From the NCBI GenBank assembly GCA_000004695.1, contig CM000151.3, positions 6,112,001 to 6,176,000 on the forward strand: a DNA stretch of 64,000 nucleotides, in the 5' to 3' direction. The position numbers were made by a program, and so were the translations under genes. Under the pieces are notes generated by a model. The model saw only the letters and a list, made by a program, of their open reading frames with translations. It was not told where the DNA came from and searched no databases. This document shows positions 1-11,588 of the stretch, one piece after another; the first letter of the stretch is position 1; each line of letters begins with the position of its first letter. Source of the DNA: Dictyostelium discoideum. Taxonomy: Eukaryota.

Positions 1-473
1 TTAAAAAAAAATAATTGACTTTTTTTAATGTGTGTTGTGTCACTTCCACGCGTTTTGAAAAAATTTTAGAAATTAAATAAAAAAAAAAAAAATTTTAAAA
101 ATTAAATAAAAAATAAAAGATAAAAGATAATATTATTATTATGCTTATTAAATATATATTTTTGTAAATACTATATAATTTAATTTATTGTTATTATTTT
201 GGGTATTATATTTTTTTTTTAATAATAAAAATAAAAATAAAAAATTTAATTTTAATTTTTTTTTTTAAATTTTTTTTTTTTTTTTTTTTAATTTTATTTT
301 TGAAATTTACTATTTAAGTAAAAAAAAAAGGGATCTAATAAAATGAAAAAATGAAAAAAAAAAACACATTAAAAAATGAATTTAATTTCTTTATTTTTTT
401 TATTTTTTTTATTTTTTTTTTAAATTAATTTTTTAAAAAGATAAATTTTAAATATATAAATATATATATAAAT

Positions 474-1253
474 ATGTTTAAATTAAATAATTCATCAAAA
501 TTAATAAATAATTTAATTAAAACTACAACTTGTTATAGTAGTTGTAGTAAATTGTTATTAATTAATAATTCTAAATCAAATAAAATTTTTTATGGTACAA
601 AACAAGAAGGTAGTGGTAATAATAAAACTAGTGCTAAGGATAATTCAGATAATCTTTCAATAAAGAGTCAAATATATTTAAATTATGACACTGGTAAAGA
701 AAAAGGTGGTTATATGAAGAAATCATTATATGACTATGACCCAATCGCAACCAAAGCAATTAAAGAATCGACGGAATACTTTGCATTTGGTGATACTCAA
801 GTCGGAGATATCATAAAAGAAAAACAAGAAAAACAAATCATTTACGTCAAATCCAACAACACAATCTATGACGCAATTAAATTAATGAATAATCATGGTA
901 TTGGTTGCTTATTGGTGGTTTCCGAAGTCGATGGTTCGTTGGTTGGAATTTTCACAGAACGTGATTATCTTGGAAAAGTGGCTTTAATGGGTAAAAGTTC
1001 AAAGGAAACCTTGGTTCAAGATGCAATGACTACAAAAGTTGTTACAATTAATTCAAAAGTTGGTGTTGTCGAAGCAATGAAATTAATGACTGAAAAACGT
1101 TTCCGTCATATTCCAGTAGTCGATGAAGATTGTATCAATGTTATCGGTCTAGTTTCAATAACTGACTTAATCAAAACCCTTCGTACAAATCAAAAAGAAA
1201 CTATTAAATATTTAAATAATTTCTTAAATGATCCAGGTCGTTACTCACTTTAA
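474..1253 (+). CDS. CBS-domain pair protein, probably organellar (N-terminal K/S/N-rich presequence-like region)
   Basis: Single 259-aa ORF. The C-terminal half shows two CBS motifs (GIGCLLVV...GIFTERDYL; FRHIPVVDEDCINVIGLVSITDLIK). Codon usage is Dictyostelium-like. Confidence 0.8.
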   Translation: MFKLNNSSKLINNLIKTTTCYSSCSKLLLINNSKSNKIFYGTKQEGSGNNKTSAKDNSDNLSIKSQIYLNYDTGKEKGGYMKKSLYDYDPIATKAIKESTEYFAFGDTQVGDIIKEKQEKQIIYVKSNNTIYDAIKLMNNHGIGCLLVVSEVDGSLVGIFTERDYLGKVALMGKSSKETLVQDAMTTKVVTINSKVGVVEAMKLMTEKRFRHIPVVDEDCINVIGLVSITDLIKTLRTNQKETIKYLNNFLNDPGRYSL

Positions 1254-1523
1254 AAATTAAAAATAAAAAATAAAAATAAAAAAAATAAAATTAAAAATAA
1301 ATAAAATTAAATTGGAAATAATTTTTTTAAATATCTTTCAACGTCTTTCGTTTTTTTTTTTTTTTATAAAAATTGATTTAAATTTGAATTATTATTTTAT
1401 TTTTTTTTTTAAAAAAGTTTTTTTTTTTTTTTTTTTTTGGTAACTTTCCTCGTTTTTATAAAATTTTTTTTTTTTTTTTATTATTTCCTACACTCACACT
1501 CAAAGAGATACAGATATATAAAA

Positions 1524-2624
1524 ATGGCCAAAGGTAAAATTAATTTTATTTTATTCAAATAATAATAATAATAAAAATTTTATTTTATTTATTTATTAAT
1601 TTTTTTTATTTTTATTTTTTTATTTTTTTTAAAATTTAAAATTATTTTAGATCAAAAAGCTATCGAAAGTAAAAAAAGAAAGAAGGAAGAATCTGAATCA
1701 GAAACTGAGTCAAGTGAGGAAAACAATGCTTCATCATCTTCAGAATCAGAATCAGAAGATGAATTAAAAGTTGTTGGTGAAGGTTCATCCTCATCAAAGA
1801 GCACTTTTACCAAAAAGGAATCAGCTGCCAAAGATGAATCAAGCAATACCAAAACTGATGATGACTTAAAAGTATTTGTTGGTCAATTACCATCAGGTGT
1901 TACTGAATACGACTTAAAGGAATACTTCTCTGAATGTGGTGACATTTCAAACATTAAAATCTTAAATAGTAACCCACAAAGAGTTGCCGCTTTCATCACT
2001 TTTGCCGATGAAAAGGGTAGAGATACTGCCATCACATACAACGGTAAAGACTTCAACGGTCAAGGTAGTCTCAGAATCAATGGTGCCAATAGCAAGCCAT
2101 CCGACGGTGAAGGTGAACCAACCACAATCGTCTGTAGAAATATTGCATTCACTGTCGATGAAACCCTCGTTAAAGAATTCTTCTCTAAATGTGGTTCCAT
2201 CAGTCGTGTCTCCTTACCAGTCTATGAAGATTCTGGTAGATTAAAGGGTTTCGCCTTTGTCAGCTTCGACTCTGAAGATGCCGTTGAAAAAGCTATTGCA
2301 CTCACTGGTACTAAATTCGAAGGTCGTGAAATTCAAGTTGAAAGAAGTCAACGTGGTGGTGGTAGATCATCATCATTCGGTATGTATTTTTTTTTTAAAA
2401 AAAAAAATATTTTATTTTTAATTATTAAATTCTAATTTTTAAATTTCTTTATTAATTTATTAGGTCGTGGTGGCGGTCGTGGTGGTTTCGGCGGCGGTCG
2501 TGGTGGTCGTGGTGGTTTTGGTAACGGCGGTGGTCGTGGTGGTTTCGGTGGTGGTCGTGGAGGCGGTCGTGGTGGTAGCGGTGGTCGTGGTGGTTTCGGT
2601 AACAAACGTGGTAGATTCGAATAA
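1524..2624 (+). CDS. Nucleolin/Nsr1/Gar2-like RNA-binding protein: acidic Ser/Glu N-terminus, two RRMs, C-terminal RGG/GAR repeats. 3 exons: join(1524..1533,1651..2379,2464..2624), 299 aa
   Basis: Exon 1 is ATGGCCAAAG then a GTAAAAT donor. Acceptor is TTTTAG at 1650. RRM motifs LKVFVGQLP / KGFAFVSFD. Intron 2 has a GTATGT donor at 2380 and TTATTAG acceptor. Exon 3 is (GGRGGF)n ending RFE*. The antisense ORFs 1652..1852 and 2432..2632 are artefacts. Confidence 0.8.
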
Positions 2625-3220
2625 ACAATCAACTGCCAAACCCTATCATATATACTTATAAATTACCAAAAAAAAAAAAAAACCAAAAACATCTAAAAAA
2701 AAAAAAATAACAAAAAAATACGAAAAAAAAAAATATAAAATAATAATTTTTTAAAAAAAAAAAAATATATAGTCAAAAAGGAGAAAGAGGGGTTTAATGT
2801 GTCATAAAGTGTTTATACAGGAGAGAGGGGATAGGTGTCTAAAAATATTTTTTTTTTAAAAAATTATTATTTTATAGTCCATCGTCGTCATCGATCATTA
2901 ATAATTACTATATCAACCATTTTTTATTCTTTTCTTTCTTTTCTTTCTTTTCTTTTTATCTTTTATCTTTTTTTTTTTTTTTCCAATTTTAAAATTTTTA
3001 ATTTCTAACTTTTTTTCTTACTTTTTAAATATTAACATTAATTTATAGTTTATATATCATTAAAAAAAAAGCGCATCAACATAATAAATTATTATGTACT
3101 TAAAAAAAAAATAAATAAATTTTTATCTATTAAAAAATAATTTCATTTAGTTTATTTTTATTATTTAAACATTTTTTTTTTTATTAATTTATTAGTAATT
3201 TATTACTATTCATCAGTAAC

Positions 3221-3998
3221 CCTAATATATTTTGAATAAAAGGAAGGATCTAAAGTATTTATAAACTAATATTATTTAAAGATAAATATATTGTTTCTAA
3301 TAATGGTAATTGATTTGGCTTGGAAATAAATTATTTTCAAAGTCTTTGGAAGAAGATTAATATTAATTGATTTCCTTTATGTCCACCCAAATTTAAAGTT
3401 GTTAAAGATTAAGAGTTGGGAAAATTATTATTTTCTAAATTTGGGTTATCACTTCTACCAAATTCTAAATTTGTTAAAGAATAACATTCATTGAAATCGG
3501 CATTATAAAGAAAGAAACCACTAACATTACTTGTAAGTTTAAATGTTTTTATAGTTGAAGGGACATCAAAAGGTGAATGAAATGATTTACCAAGTTCAAT
3601 ATATTCAATATTTGAAAGTAATCTACTATCATTTAAATTACTATTGAAATTATCATTAAATGAAATTGACCTAATTGGGGATGGAAGTGCCAATGGTTGT
3701 ATTGACTTTTGAATGAGTCACCAAATTCAATGTTTGTAACATTATACCAACTTTAATATCAACATTCACTCTTACTATAAGATTTGTAGTTGAAACTGGA
3801 ACTTTGGTTTCAATAAATAATTCCACAGTTTATCTTAAATTTAGAACTGAATTTGGTATTGAACCATAGATAATCGTACTTTGATAGGCATTCAAGATAT
3901 AAAAAAATTAATCCCTCTGGAAGTTTATTTGTTGAAATGATTCCCCCTAATCTTAAAACTTTAAGACCTTTTGGTAACCACTCGATAATGGTTTTCAT
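3221..3998 (-). pseudogene. FNIP-repeat protein gene remnant (copy A), internally deleted and frame-disrupted
   Basis: ORF fragments 3409..3693 and 3810..3998 (SIRSISFNDNFN..., IIEWLPKGLKVLRLGG...) align to the intact FNIP ORF 5739..7131 but are split and truncated. Confidence 0.5.
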
Positions 3999-4343
3999 TT
4001 TTTTTTTTAACCGTTATTATTAATAAAGGAATTGCGAATGTGTATCGCTTTGTATATATCACAATTTTTTTAACCGTTATTAATAAAAGGAGTTGCGAAT
4101 GTATTACTTTGAAAAGAAAACAATTTTTTTATTTTTTTTATTTTTTTTTTAAATTATAGCCCAATTAAAAAGAAATAATAAATAAAATATTTTTTTTTAA
4201 TCTTTTTTTTTTTTTTAAATCTAATATTTTTTTTTCACCCACCATTTAAAAAATATCTGTATAATCTATAAATAAATATATATATATATTATTTTACTTT
4301 TTTTATTTTAAAACAACCAATGGAATTCATATATTATAAATAT

Positions 4344-4404
4344 TATTTTAAAAAATGGGTATAAAATGTAAGTATTGGCAAGTTACCTTTTTATAATTAC
4401 ATTT
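4344..4404. repeat. Perfect 18-bp inverted repeat (aatgggtataaaatgtaa / ttacattttatacccatt) with a 25-nt spacer, giving a hairpin
   Basis: Read directly from the sequence: 4344-4361 is the exact reverse complement of 4387-4404. Confidence 0.6.
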
Positions 4405-4743
4405 TATACCCATTATCATAGTTATTTTTTTTTCTTTGTTCAGTTAACATAGGAGCTTAAAATTATTGGCATCATATTCATAACAATTATGGAAAAACAA
4501 ATCGAATCGCTCATCTTCTTTTGTTTTCAAGATGGGTGCACCTTTACTATTCAATTTTTTTTTTTTTTTTTTTTAAAAATTAATAACTTTATCCATTTTT
4601 AATTTTAATTTTTTTTTTTTTATTTTAATATAAATACTTTTTAAATTTTTTATTTTATTTTATTATTTAATTTAAACATTATACCAATTTCTATCATTCA
4701 ATTTTCTAATTAAAAAAAAAAAAAAAAAAAAAATAAAACAAAA

Positions 4744-4992
4744 ATGAATAAAATAATTCTCATTGTACTTTTATTATCAATTGCCACCTCGGGAGCATTT
4801 TGTTCAATTTTCAATACCAAATGTAAACAAGTTTGTAAAGAAAGTTACCAATTATGTGTTGCCGGTTTTGACTCACCAGATATCTCAGTGCAAATCGAAG
4901 CTTGTTCAGAAGTATTGGATAAATGTTTTTATAACTGTATCCATCCTTATATAGTTGTTTTCCCAAGTAAATCACCTGCAGCTCATAATTAA
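4744..4992 (+). CDS. Candidate small secreted cysteine-rich protein (82 aa; signal peptide MNKIILIVLLLSIATSGAF, then 8 Cys)
   Basis: ATG-initiated ORF preceded by an A-run promoter-like region. Hydrophobic N-terminus with regularly spaced cysteines; non-random codon usage. Present only in duplication copy A. Confidence 0.35.
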   Translation: MNKIILIVLLLSIATSGAFCSIFNTKCKQVCKESYQLCVAGFDSPDISVQIEACSEVLDKCFYNCIHPYIVVFPSKSPAAHN

Positions 4993-5367
4993 ACATAGAA
5001 ATCAATTGATAATTGAATTTTAATTTATATCATCTTTCCGACTTAACTCAAAATTCAATTTTTCTAATTATCTAAATTATTACAATCAACAACCTCCCTT
5101 TTAATTTATTTATTTAATTATTAAACCCATTAACAATAAAATAAGTTTATCATATAATTTAATTTTTTTAATTTATTTTTGTGTGTTTTCCCTAATAATT
5201 TTTTGAATAGTTATCTGATACTTAAATATTTACTATTATTATTATACAAATTAAATTAAGATAAAAAATAAAAAAAATAAAATTGAATGTATATTGCTCT
5301 CCTCCAAACTGATTTAATTACTTGATTTTCTTTTTCCATTATGTAATTAATTTAATTTTTTTAATAA

Positions 5368-5406
<39 letters not shown>

Positions 5407-5643
5407 TTTAATTTGTGTGAAAAAAAAAAAAAAAAAAAAAAACTATTTTCCCAACCTGTTTTGGAAAAAAAAAAAAAAAAAAAAATAAAATAAAATAAAA
5501 TAAAAATGTTTACCCAAGTTCTTTTTTATGAAATGAAACTGGTTTAATCTATAAAAAAAAAAAAATCAAAGATGATCGAAATCTTTTTTTTTTTTTTTTT
5601 AATTAAATCCACATGTGGGAGATAATTTCTGCTCGGTATCAAA

Positions 5644-7769
5644 TAAATAAATTTTTTAACTATAAAATAATTATTTTTTAATTTTAAACATTTTTTTATT
5701 TATTTATTTAAATTTAAGGGAAGAACAATTAATTTTAATTATTGTTCATCAGTAACCCTAATATATTTTGAATAAAAGGAAGTATCTAAAGTATTTATAA
5801 AACTAATATTTTTTGAAGATAAATATATTGTTTTTAATAATGGTAATTGATTTGGTAATTCATAAATATTTTGATTAAAAGTTGGACATTGGAAATAAAT
5901 TATTCTTAAAGTTTTTGGAAGTAGATTAGAATTAATTGGTTTATCAAAAGATTCACCAAAATTAAGTGATTTAAGATTTTTAGGTAAAGAATTCTCTTCA
6001 ATTGGAAAATTGTAATAATATCCTAAATTTAAATTTGTTACTGATGATGGTATTTTTGATAATTGATTCCCTTTATATCCACCCAAATTTAAAGTTGTTA
6101 AAGATAAAGAGTTGGGGAAAATAATTTTTTCTAGATTTGGGTTATCTCTTCTACCTAATTCCAAATTTGTTAAAGAATAACATTCATTTAAATTAGTTAC
6201 ATAAAAAAAGAAATGATATGGATCACCACTAAGAGGGGAACCAAAGTTGTCATTGTAATTAGTTGTAAGTTTAAGTGTTTTTACAGTTGAAGGGATATCG
6301 ATACGAGATTGAAATGATTTACCAAGTTTAATATATTCAATATTTGAAAGTAATATATTACCAACTAATTCTTTATTGAAACTATCACCAAATGAAATTG
6401 ATCTAATTGAGGGCGGAAGTGCAAATTGTTCAATTCTACAAATGAACGAATCACCAAATTTAATATTTGTAACATTATGAGGAATCATACCAACTTTAAT
6501 ATCAACATTGGCTCTTACTTCAAGATTTGTAGTTGAAACAGGAACTTTGGTTTTACTAAATGATTCCACAGTATATCTTAAATTTTGGACTGAATTTGGT
6601 ATTGAGCCATAGATAATGGTACTTTGATAAGTATTATCAAGATATAAAAATATTAATCCTTCTGGAAGTTGATTTGGTAAAATCGGTTGTTGAAAAGATT
6701 CTCCTAATTTTAAAACTTCAAGACTTTTTGGTAACCACCCCCCCCAATGACTGATTAAATATTCCAGTGAATTCAATGCTTTTTATACCATTTTTAATAA
6801 TTTTATTATTTAATTGTTGATTAAATCTCCTATTAAAAATTACACTAATCAACGAATCTGGTAAAGAATTTTCTTGTAAAATTGGATTATAACTACCAAA
6901 AAATTCCAAATATCTTATACTTGAAGGTAAATCACCAGCTTCTAAATGTGAACCACCTCTATTTAATGAAACATCGAATAAATAATTTTTATAAACATAA
7001 TTATTTAATTTTTCAATTGTAAAACTATAATAATTACTATTATTATTATACAAATTAAGATAAAAAAAAATTAAATCTCTTATATATTTATTTCCCCAAA
7101 CTGATCTAATTATTTGATTTTCTTTATCCATTTTTTTTGCTAATTAGTAAAATAATTTAATTATTTTAATAAAAAAAGTTTCAAAAAAAAAAAATAAATA
7201 AAAAAATAAAAAAATTCAATCGAGAGGAATTTTTTTTGTGTGGAAAAAAAAAAAATTAAAAAATGGGGTTGTTAAAAAATTAAATCTTTTTTTTTTCAAA
7301 TTTTTTCATTTTTTATTTTTTTTTAATTTAATTTTTTTTTATTTTTTTTTAACATTTTTACAACACCATGATAATTATCCATGGATAATTACTACCATAC
7401 AAAATATTTTAATTTAATTGGTTACTCGTAATAAAATACAATCGTTGCATTTAAGATCTTTTATTGCATCTTTTGGATTTAGCCACTTCTGCATCATTCC
7501 TCGAAAAGTTCTCTTGGATATCTGTCATATGACTTGTGGGGGTATGTTTGCCAAATATATACCAAATGAAAAAAAAAAAAAAAAAAAAAAAAAAAATAAT
7601 ATTTCCAGATTTTCCTCCTGTTTGGAAAAAAAAAATAAAAAAAAATAAAAAAAAAATAAAATAAATAAATTAAATTTAAAAATATTTTTGTCCCAGGTCT
7701 TTATTTTTGTGAAATGACTGTAATAAATCTGGTTTAGATCTATAAAAAAAAAAATATCCAATATCTTGA

Positions 7770-7801
<32 letters not shown>

Positions 7802-7842
7802 ATTTGAATTCGTGTGGGAGATAATTTCTGCTCGGTATCAAA
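5644..7842. repeat. Tandem segmental duplication copy B (intact), contiguous with the 3' end of the nucleotidase gene
   Basis: See copy A. The junction ggtatcaaa|taaataaattttt at 5643/5644 is the tandem-duplication breakpoint. Confidence 0.65.
5739..7131 (-). CDS. FNIP-repeat-containing protein (Dictyostelium FNIP/LRR-like repeat family). Two ORFs (6718..7131 and 5739..6776) overlap at a C8 homopolymer (6738-6745): a frameshift or sequencing slip
   Basis: Repeated ~22-aa units (LP.SL..L.FG..FN..I....LP.S...L) typical of FNIP repeats. The N-terminus is MDKENQIIRSVWGNKYIRDLIFFYL. Confidence 0.6.
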
Positions 7843-8687
7843 CTGGCAGTTAATGGGTAAGAAATTAAATTTTCAATTTTTGAAGTATAAATATCGGCAT
7901 GTCTTTGAAGGGATGAAGCAAATATTGTTGCGTTTGTATGAGTTCTAAATAAACTACCAAAATTTGCATTGAATGGTTCTTTTAATGCTAAACGTTTTTT
8001 ATATCTTTCTGTTTTGAGTTGTTCTAAAAATAATTCTTTCTTTTCACCTGAAAAAAATTGACATTTTCTAATAACATCTTCAAGCTTTAAATTTTAAAAA
8101 AAAAAAAAAAAAAATTAATATAATGATTTAACATTAAATATAAAAAATAAAACAAAAATAAAAATAAAATAAATATTACTTGTAATAATTCAGCTAATTG
8201 TTCTCTATATTTTGGGGAATTTTGAATACCAACTTCAACTTCCAATTCTTTAATGATAACACCAGTTTTCCAACCTTCTTTTTGAGAAGGTTCAACTAAA
8301 TCTGAATAAAGATGATCACCAAAATACATTACACTTCTACCACGCCATTTACTGACATTTGTAAATTGTTTTAAACTTCCACCAACATAAACTTTCTTTG
8401 GTTCGAAATGATTAACTTCATTCCAATCATATCTATCTGAATCTGGATGATACATTCTAAATGGTCTACCTTTACCAAAGAATGATGGTTTATCACATTT
8501 TGTAATAATCACATCAAATACATCTGTCCAATCTTCATATTTTCCATTCAATTGATCATTTAATAAATATTTCATACCATGATTTGCATAAAAGTATGAA
8601 TTATTTGTTAATAAAAATAACTATAAAAAAAAAATAAAAAAAAAAATAAAATTATTAGTATATAAATTAAATTTAATAAATAATAAA

Positions 8688-8750
<63 letters not shown>

Positions 8751-9989
8751 TACTTTTTTACCATGTGATTTTAATTTTAATAAAAATTCACCTAATAATG
8801 GATGTTTGTTTAAATAAAGTGGAAAATCAGAGATGATTTTATTATGTAAACCACCACCTAAATGAACTTTACCAACAGCTGCAGTAACATCTTCATGAAT
8901 GATTCTTGGTTCAAATGCTAAATTATGATCTGTTAAATATTGAATAGTATTTGCAATTAAACAAGCTTCTGGTAAACAAAATATATCACTCATTGGTTTT
9001 AAAAAACTATCACAATAAAGTCTTTTCAATTGCATTGATCCATAAATTTGAATTACCTCTTCTTTTGTCAATGGTCTTCTTCCATGATAAATTGCACCTG
9101 CCTATTTGTGTTTCGTTTTTTTTTTTTTTTTTTTTATAAAATATTAATATTGCATACTATTATAATTATAATTATTATATATATACACACTTACTTGAAT
9201 ATTATTTAAATAATCTAATTTCATTAATAAACCATGATTTACATCAAAATGTAAACCTCTAATTGCAAATGTTGGATCATATTTAATCTCTTTTAAAGCC
9301 ATTGGATATTTTTGTTCATCAACTAAATGTGACATTGCTAAATCATAAATTAAATGTTGAACTTGATCACCATAGTTGGCTAATGTATAATCATAATCAA
9401 ATCCAAAAACATCAATTTCTTCTAATTTTAATTCACTATTTATAAATACATCTTGTGGATCTAATGTTGGTACATGACTAAGATCAACAACTTTTCTATT
9501 CTATTTATTATATATTTTAAATAAAAAAAAAAATTAATATTTGAACAATTATGAAAAATCTATTCAGAAAGAGAGAGAAAAAAAAAAAAAAAAACATACC
9601 TTATACATTTCAATTAGTTGATCTAATGACATATTTAAAACACTATGATGAGTTGGTAAATAATCAGGATCTTTATCATTTCTAAAGGGTTTATTTACAT
9701 TTTTAACCAATGATTGAAATGGTGTTGGGGTAAATAAATGTTTATTATCATTGTTCTGATGTTGTTGTGGTTGTTGTTGCTGATGTTGATCGATGGTATT
9801 GCTTTTACTAGTGTGAGTATCATTATTACTTCTATTATGTGTTGAATAGGATTTAATACCCGAGGTGGTGGTGGTAGAGGAGGTGGTGATGATAGTAGTA
9901 TTACTACTACAATTTATTTTAAAAACATTCTTTTTATTTGATGGTATAGGTAATACCTTTATTAAACTTATTCTTTTATTTGAAAGCAT
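7794..9989 (-). CDS. Cytosolic purine 5'-nucleotidase (NT5C2 / HAD-IG 5'-nucleotidase family). 5 exons: complement(join(7794..8084,8180..8620,8754..9101,9195..9500,9600..9989)), 591 aa
   Basis: Recalled NT5C2 similarity along the whole protein: FGFDYDYTLA (HAD motif I), YDPTFAIRGLHFDVNHGLLMKLD, FLLTNNSYFYANHGMKYL, YFGDHLYSDL, FGSLFRTHTNATIFASSLQRHADIYTS, C-terminal YPLTASLIPSRNYLPHE. All splice junctions are GT..AG and every exon length is consistent with the reading frame. An (AAT)n tract lies in intron 3. Confidence 0.85.
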
Positions 9990-10673
9990 ATTACAATTTT
10001 AAAAAGTCCAAAATAAAGAATAAAAAAAAAAAAAAAAAATAAAAAAAAAAAAGTAAAAAGTAAAAAGTAAAAAAAATAATAATAATAATAAAGATGGGTG
10101 AAAAAAATAATAATTGGTGGGATACTTTTTTATTATTATTATTTTTTTTATTTTTTATTATTATTATTATTATTACTATTATTATTATATTTGTGTAGTG
10201 TGACAATGAAAAATTATGTTATAAAATAAAAGAGAAAAAAAAAAATAAAAAAAAAAAAAAATAAAAAAAAATGAAAAAAATAAATTAAAAAAAAAATATC
10301 TTAACTGCTGCGGTATCAAATAAATAAATTTTTATTATATTATTATGGCATCAGAGTGTTAAAATAAAAAAAAAAATAAAAAATAAAAAAATTAATATTA
10401 ACAATTCTATATATTAAAAATTTATTAAATAGGCAATGTTTTAATTTTTTTTTTTAATTTTTTTTTTTTTTACACAATTACAGTACTGGTTGGAAAAAAA
10501 AAAAAAAAAAAAACTAAATTTAGAGAAAAAGATTTACTTAGTTGGTTAAAATAAAATAGTTTCAAAAAAAAAAAAAAGTGATCCCGTTACTATTAAAATT
10601 TTTTTTTTTTTTTTTTGAAAAAATTACTTTTTTTTTTTTTTTTTTTTTTTTTATCGTTTTTTTTTTCTTTCTA

Positions 10674-10710
<37 letters not shown>

Positions 10711-11588
10711 TCCAACCCAAACAACAAAGGTAAGCATAATTTTTATATGCCCAAAAAAAAAAAAAAAAAAAAAAAAAAAATAAAAGGTATCCAGGGGAAT
10801 TTAAATGATGATCAAAATATATTTGCTATTCTTAGTTATTTATCAATCATGCTGAATGGAAATTTCTGATTTAATCCTCCCTTCATACCTTTATTGGGCC
10901 AATATTTAAATATTCTTTAAATATAATAATACTAATATTTTTCTTTTGAATTATTTAGGTTTTTTTTTTCTCTGATAACAATCCTTGAAATATTTCACAC
11001 TGACAAATGAATTTATTAAATAAAAAAAAAATTTAGTTTTATAAAAAAAAAAAAAGGTTTTCGTGTTTATGATATTTTTTTATTTTTTTTATTTATTTTT
11101 TATTTTTGACTACTTTGTATAATAATTTATTTTATTTCATTTTTTTCTATTTTTAGATTTTTTAAATAATAATTTTTTTTTTTTTTTTTTTTTTTTATAG
11201 AAAAAGAAAATTATTTGATGACTGTATACATATGCAAACAGGCGATATTTAAAAAACAAGAATGGAATTTGGTATCATCACACTTTTTAATTTGTTTTTT
11301 TTTTAATTTTTTTTTAATTTCGACCATCGTTTTTATTTTTATTTTTTTTTTTTTATTTTTTTTTTTATTTTTTTGTGTTTTTCTTGTACAGTCATTCATA
11401 TTAAAAAAATAAAAAATAAAAAATAAAGAAAAACAAAACTATTATACAAATTCGAAACATATCGATAATACAACATAAAACAAATTACCTTTTTTAATTT
11501 TTTTTAATTTTTTTTAATTTTTTTTTTTTTTTTTTATTATTTTTGGAAACTTAAAAATAGTTTATTGCTAATAGTAAAAATATTAATA

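Larger units (their letters stand above)
3122..5643. repeat. Tandem segmental duplication, copy A (degenerate) of a ~2.2-2.5 kb unit whose copy B is 5644..7842
   Basis: 3122-3290 is near-identical to 5644-5880 (taaataaattttt...catcagtaaccctaatatattttgaataaaagg...). 5200-5345 matches 7020-7140 (5' end of the FNIP gene). 5480-5643 matches 7680-7842, including gtgggagataatttctgctcggtatcaaa. Confidence 0.65.

Noticed and set aside
1652-1852. 66-aa minus-strand ORF
   Set aside because: Antisense to exon 2 of the nucleolin-like gene, in its acidic Ser/Glu region. A mirror-image artefact.
2432-2661. Pro-rich (PRPPLPP) and Val-rich ORFs
   Set aside because: Alternative-frame and antisense readings of the (GGTCGTGGT)n RGG-repeat exon.
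8690-8750. (ATT/AAT)n tract read as poly-Asn at the end of ORF 8673..9071
   Set aside because: It lies in intron 3 of the nucleotidase gene, after the GTAAAT donor at 8753. It is not coding.
9991-10869. ORFs made of I/F/K runs
   Set aside because: A/T homopolymer promoter region of the nucleotidase gene; no codon bias.
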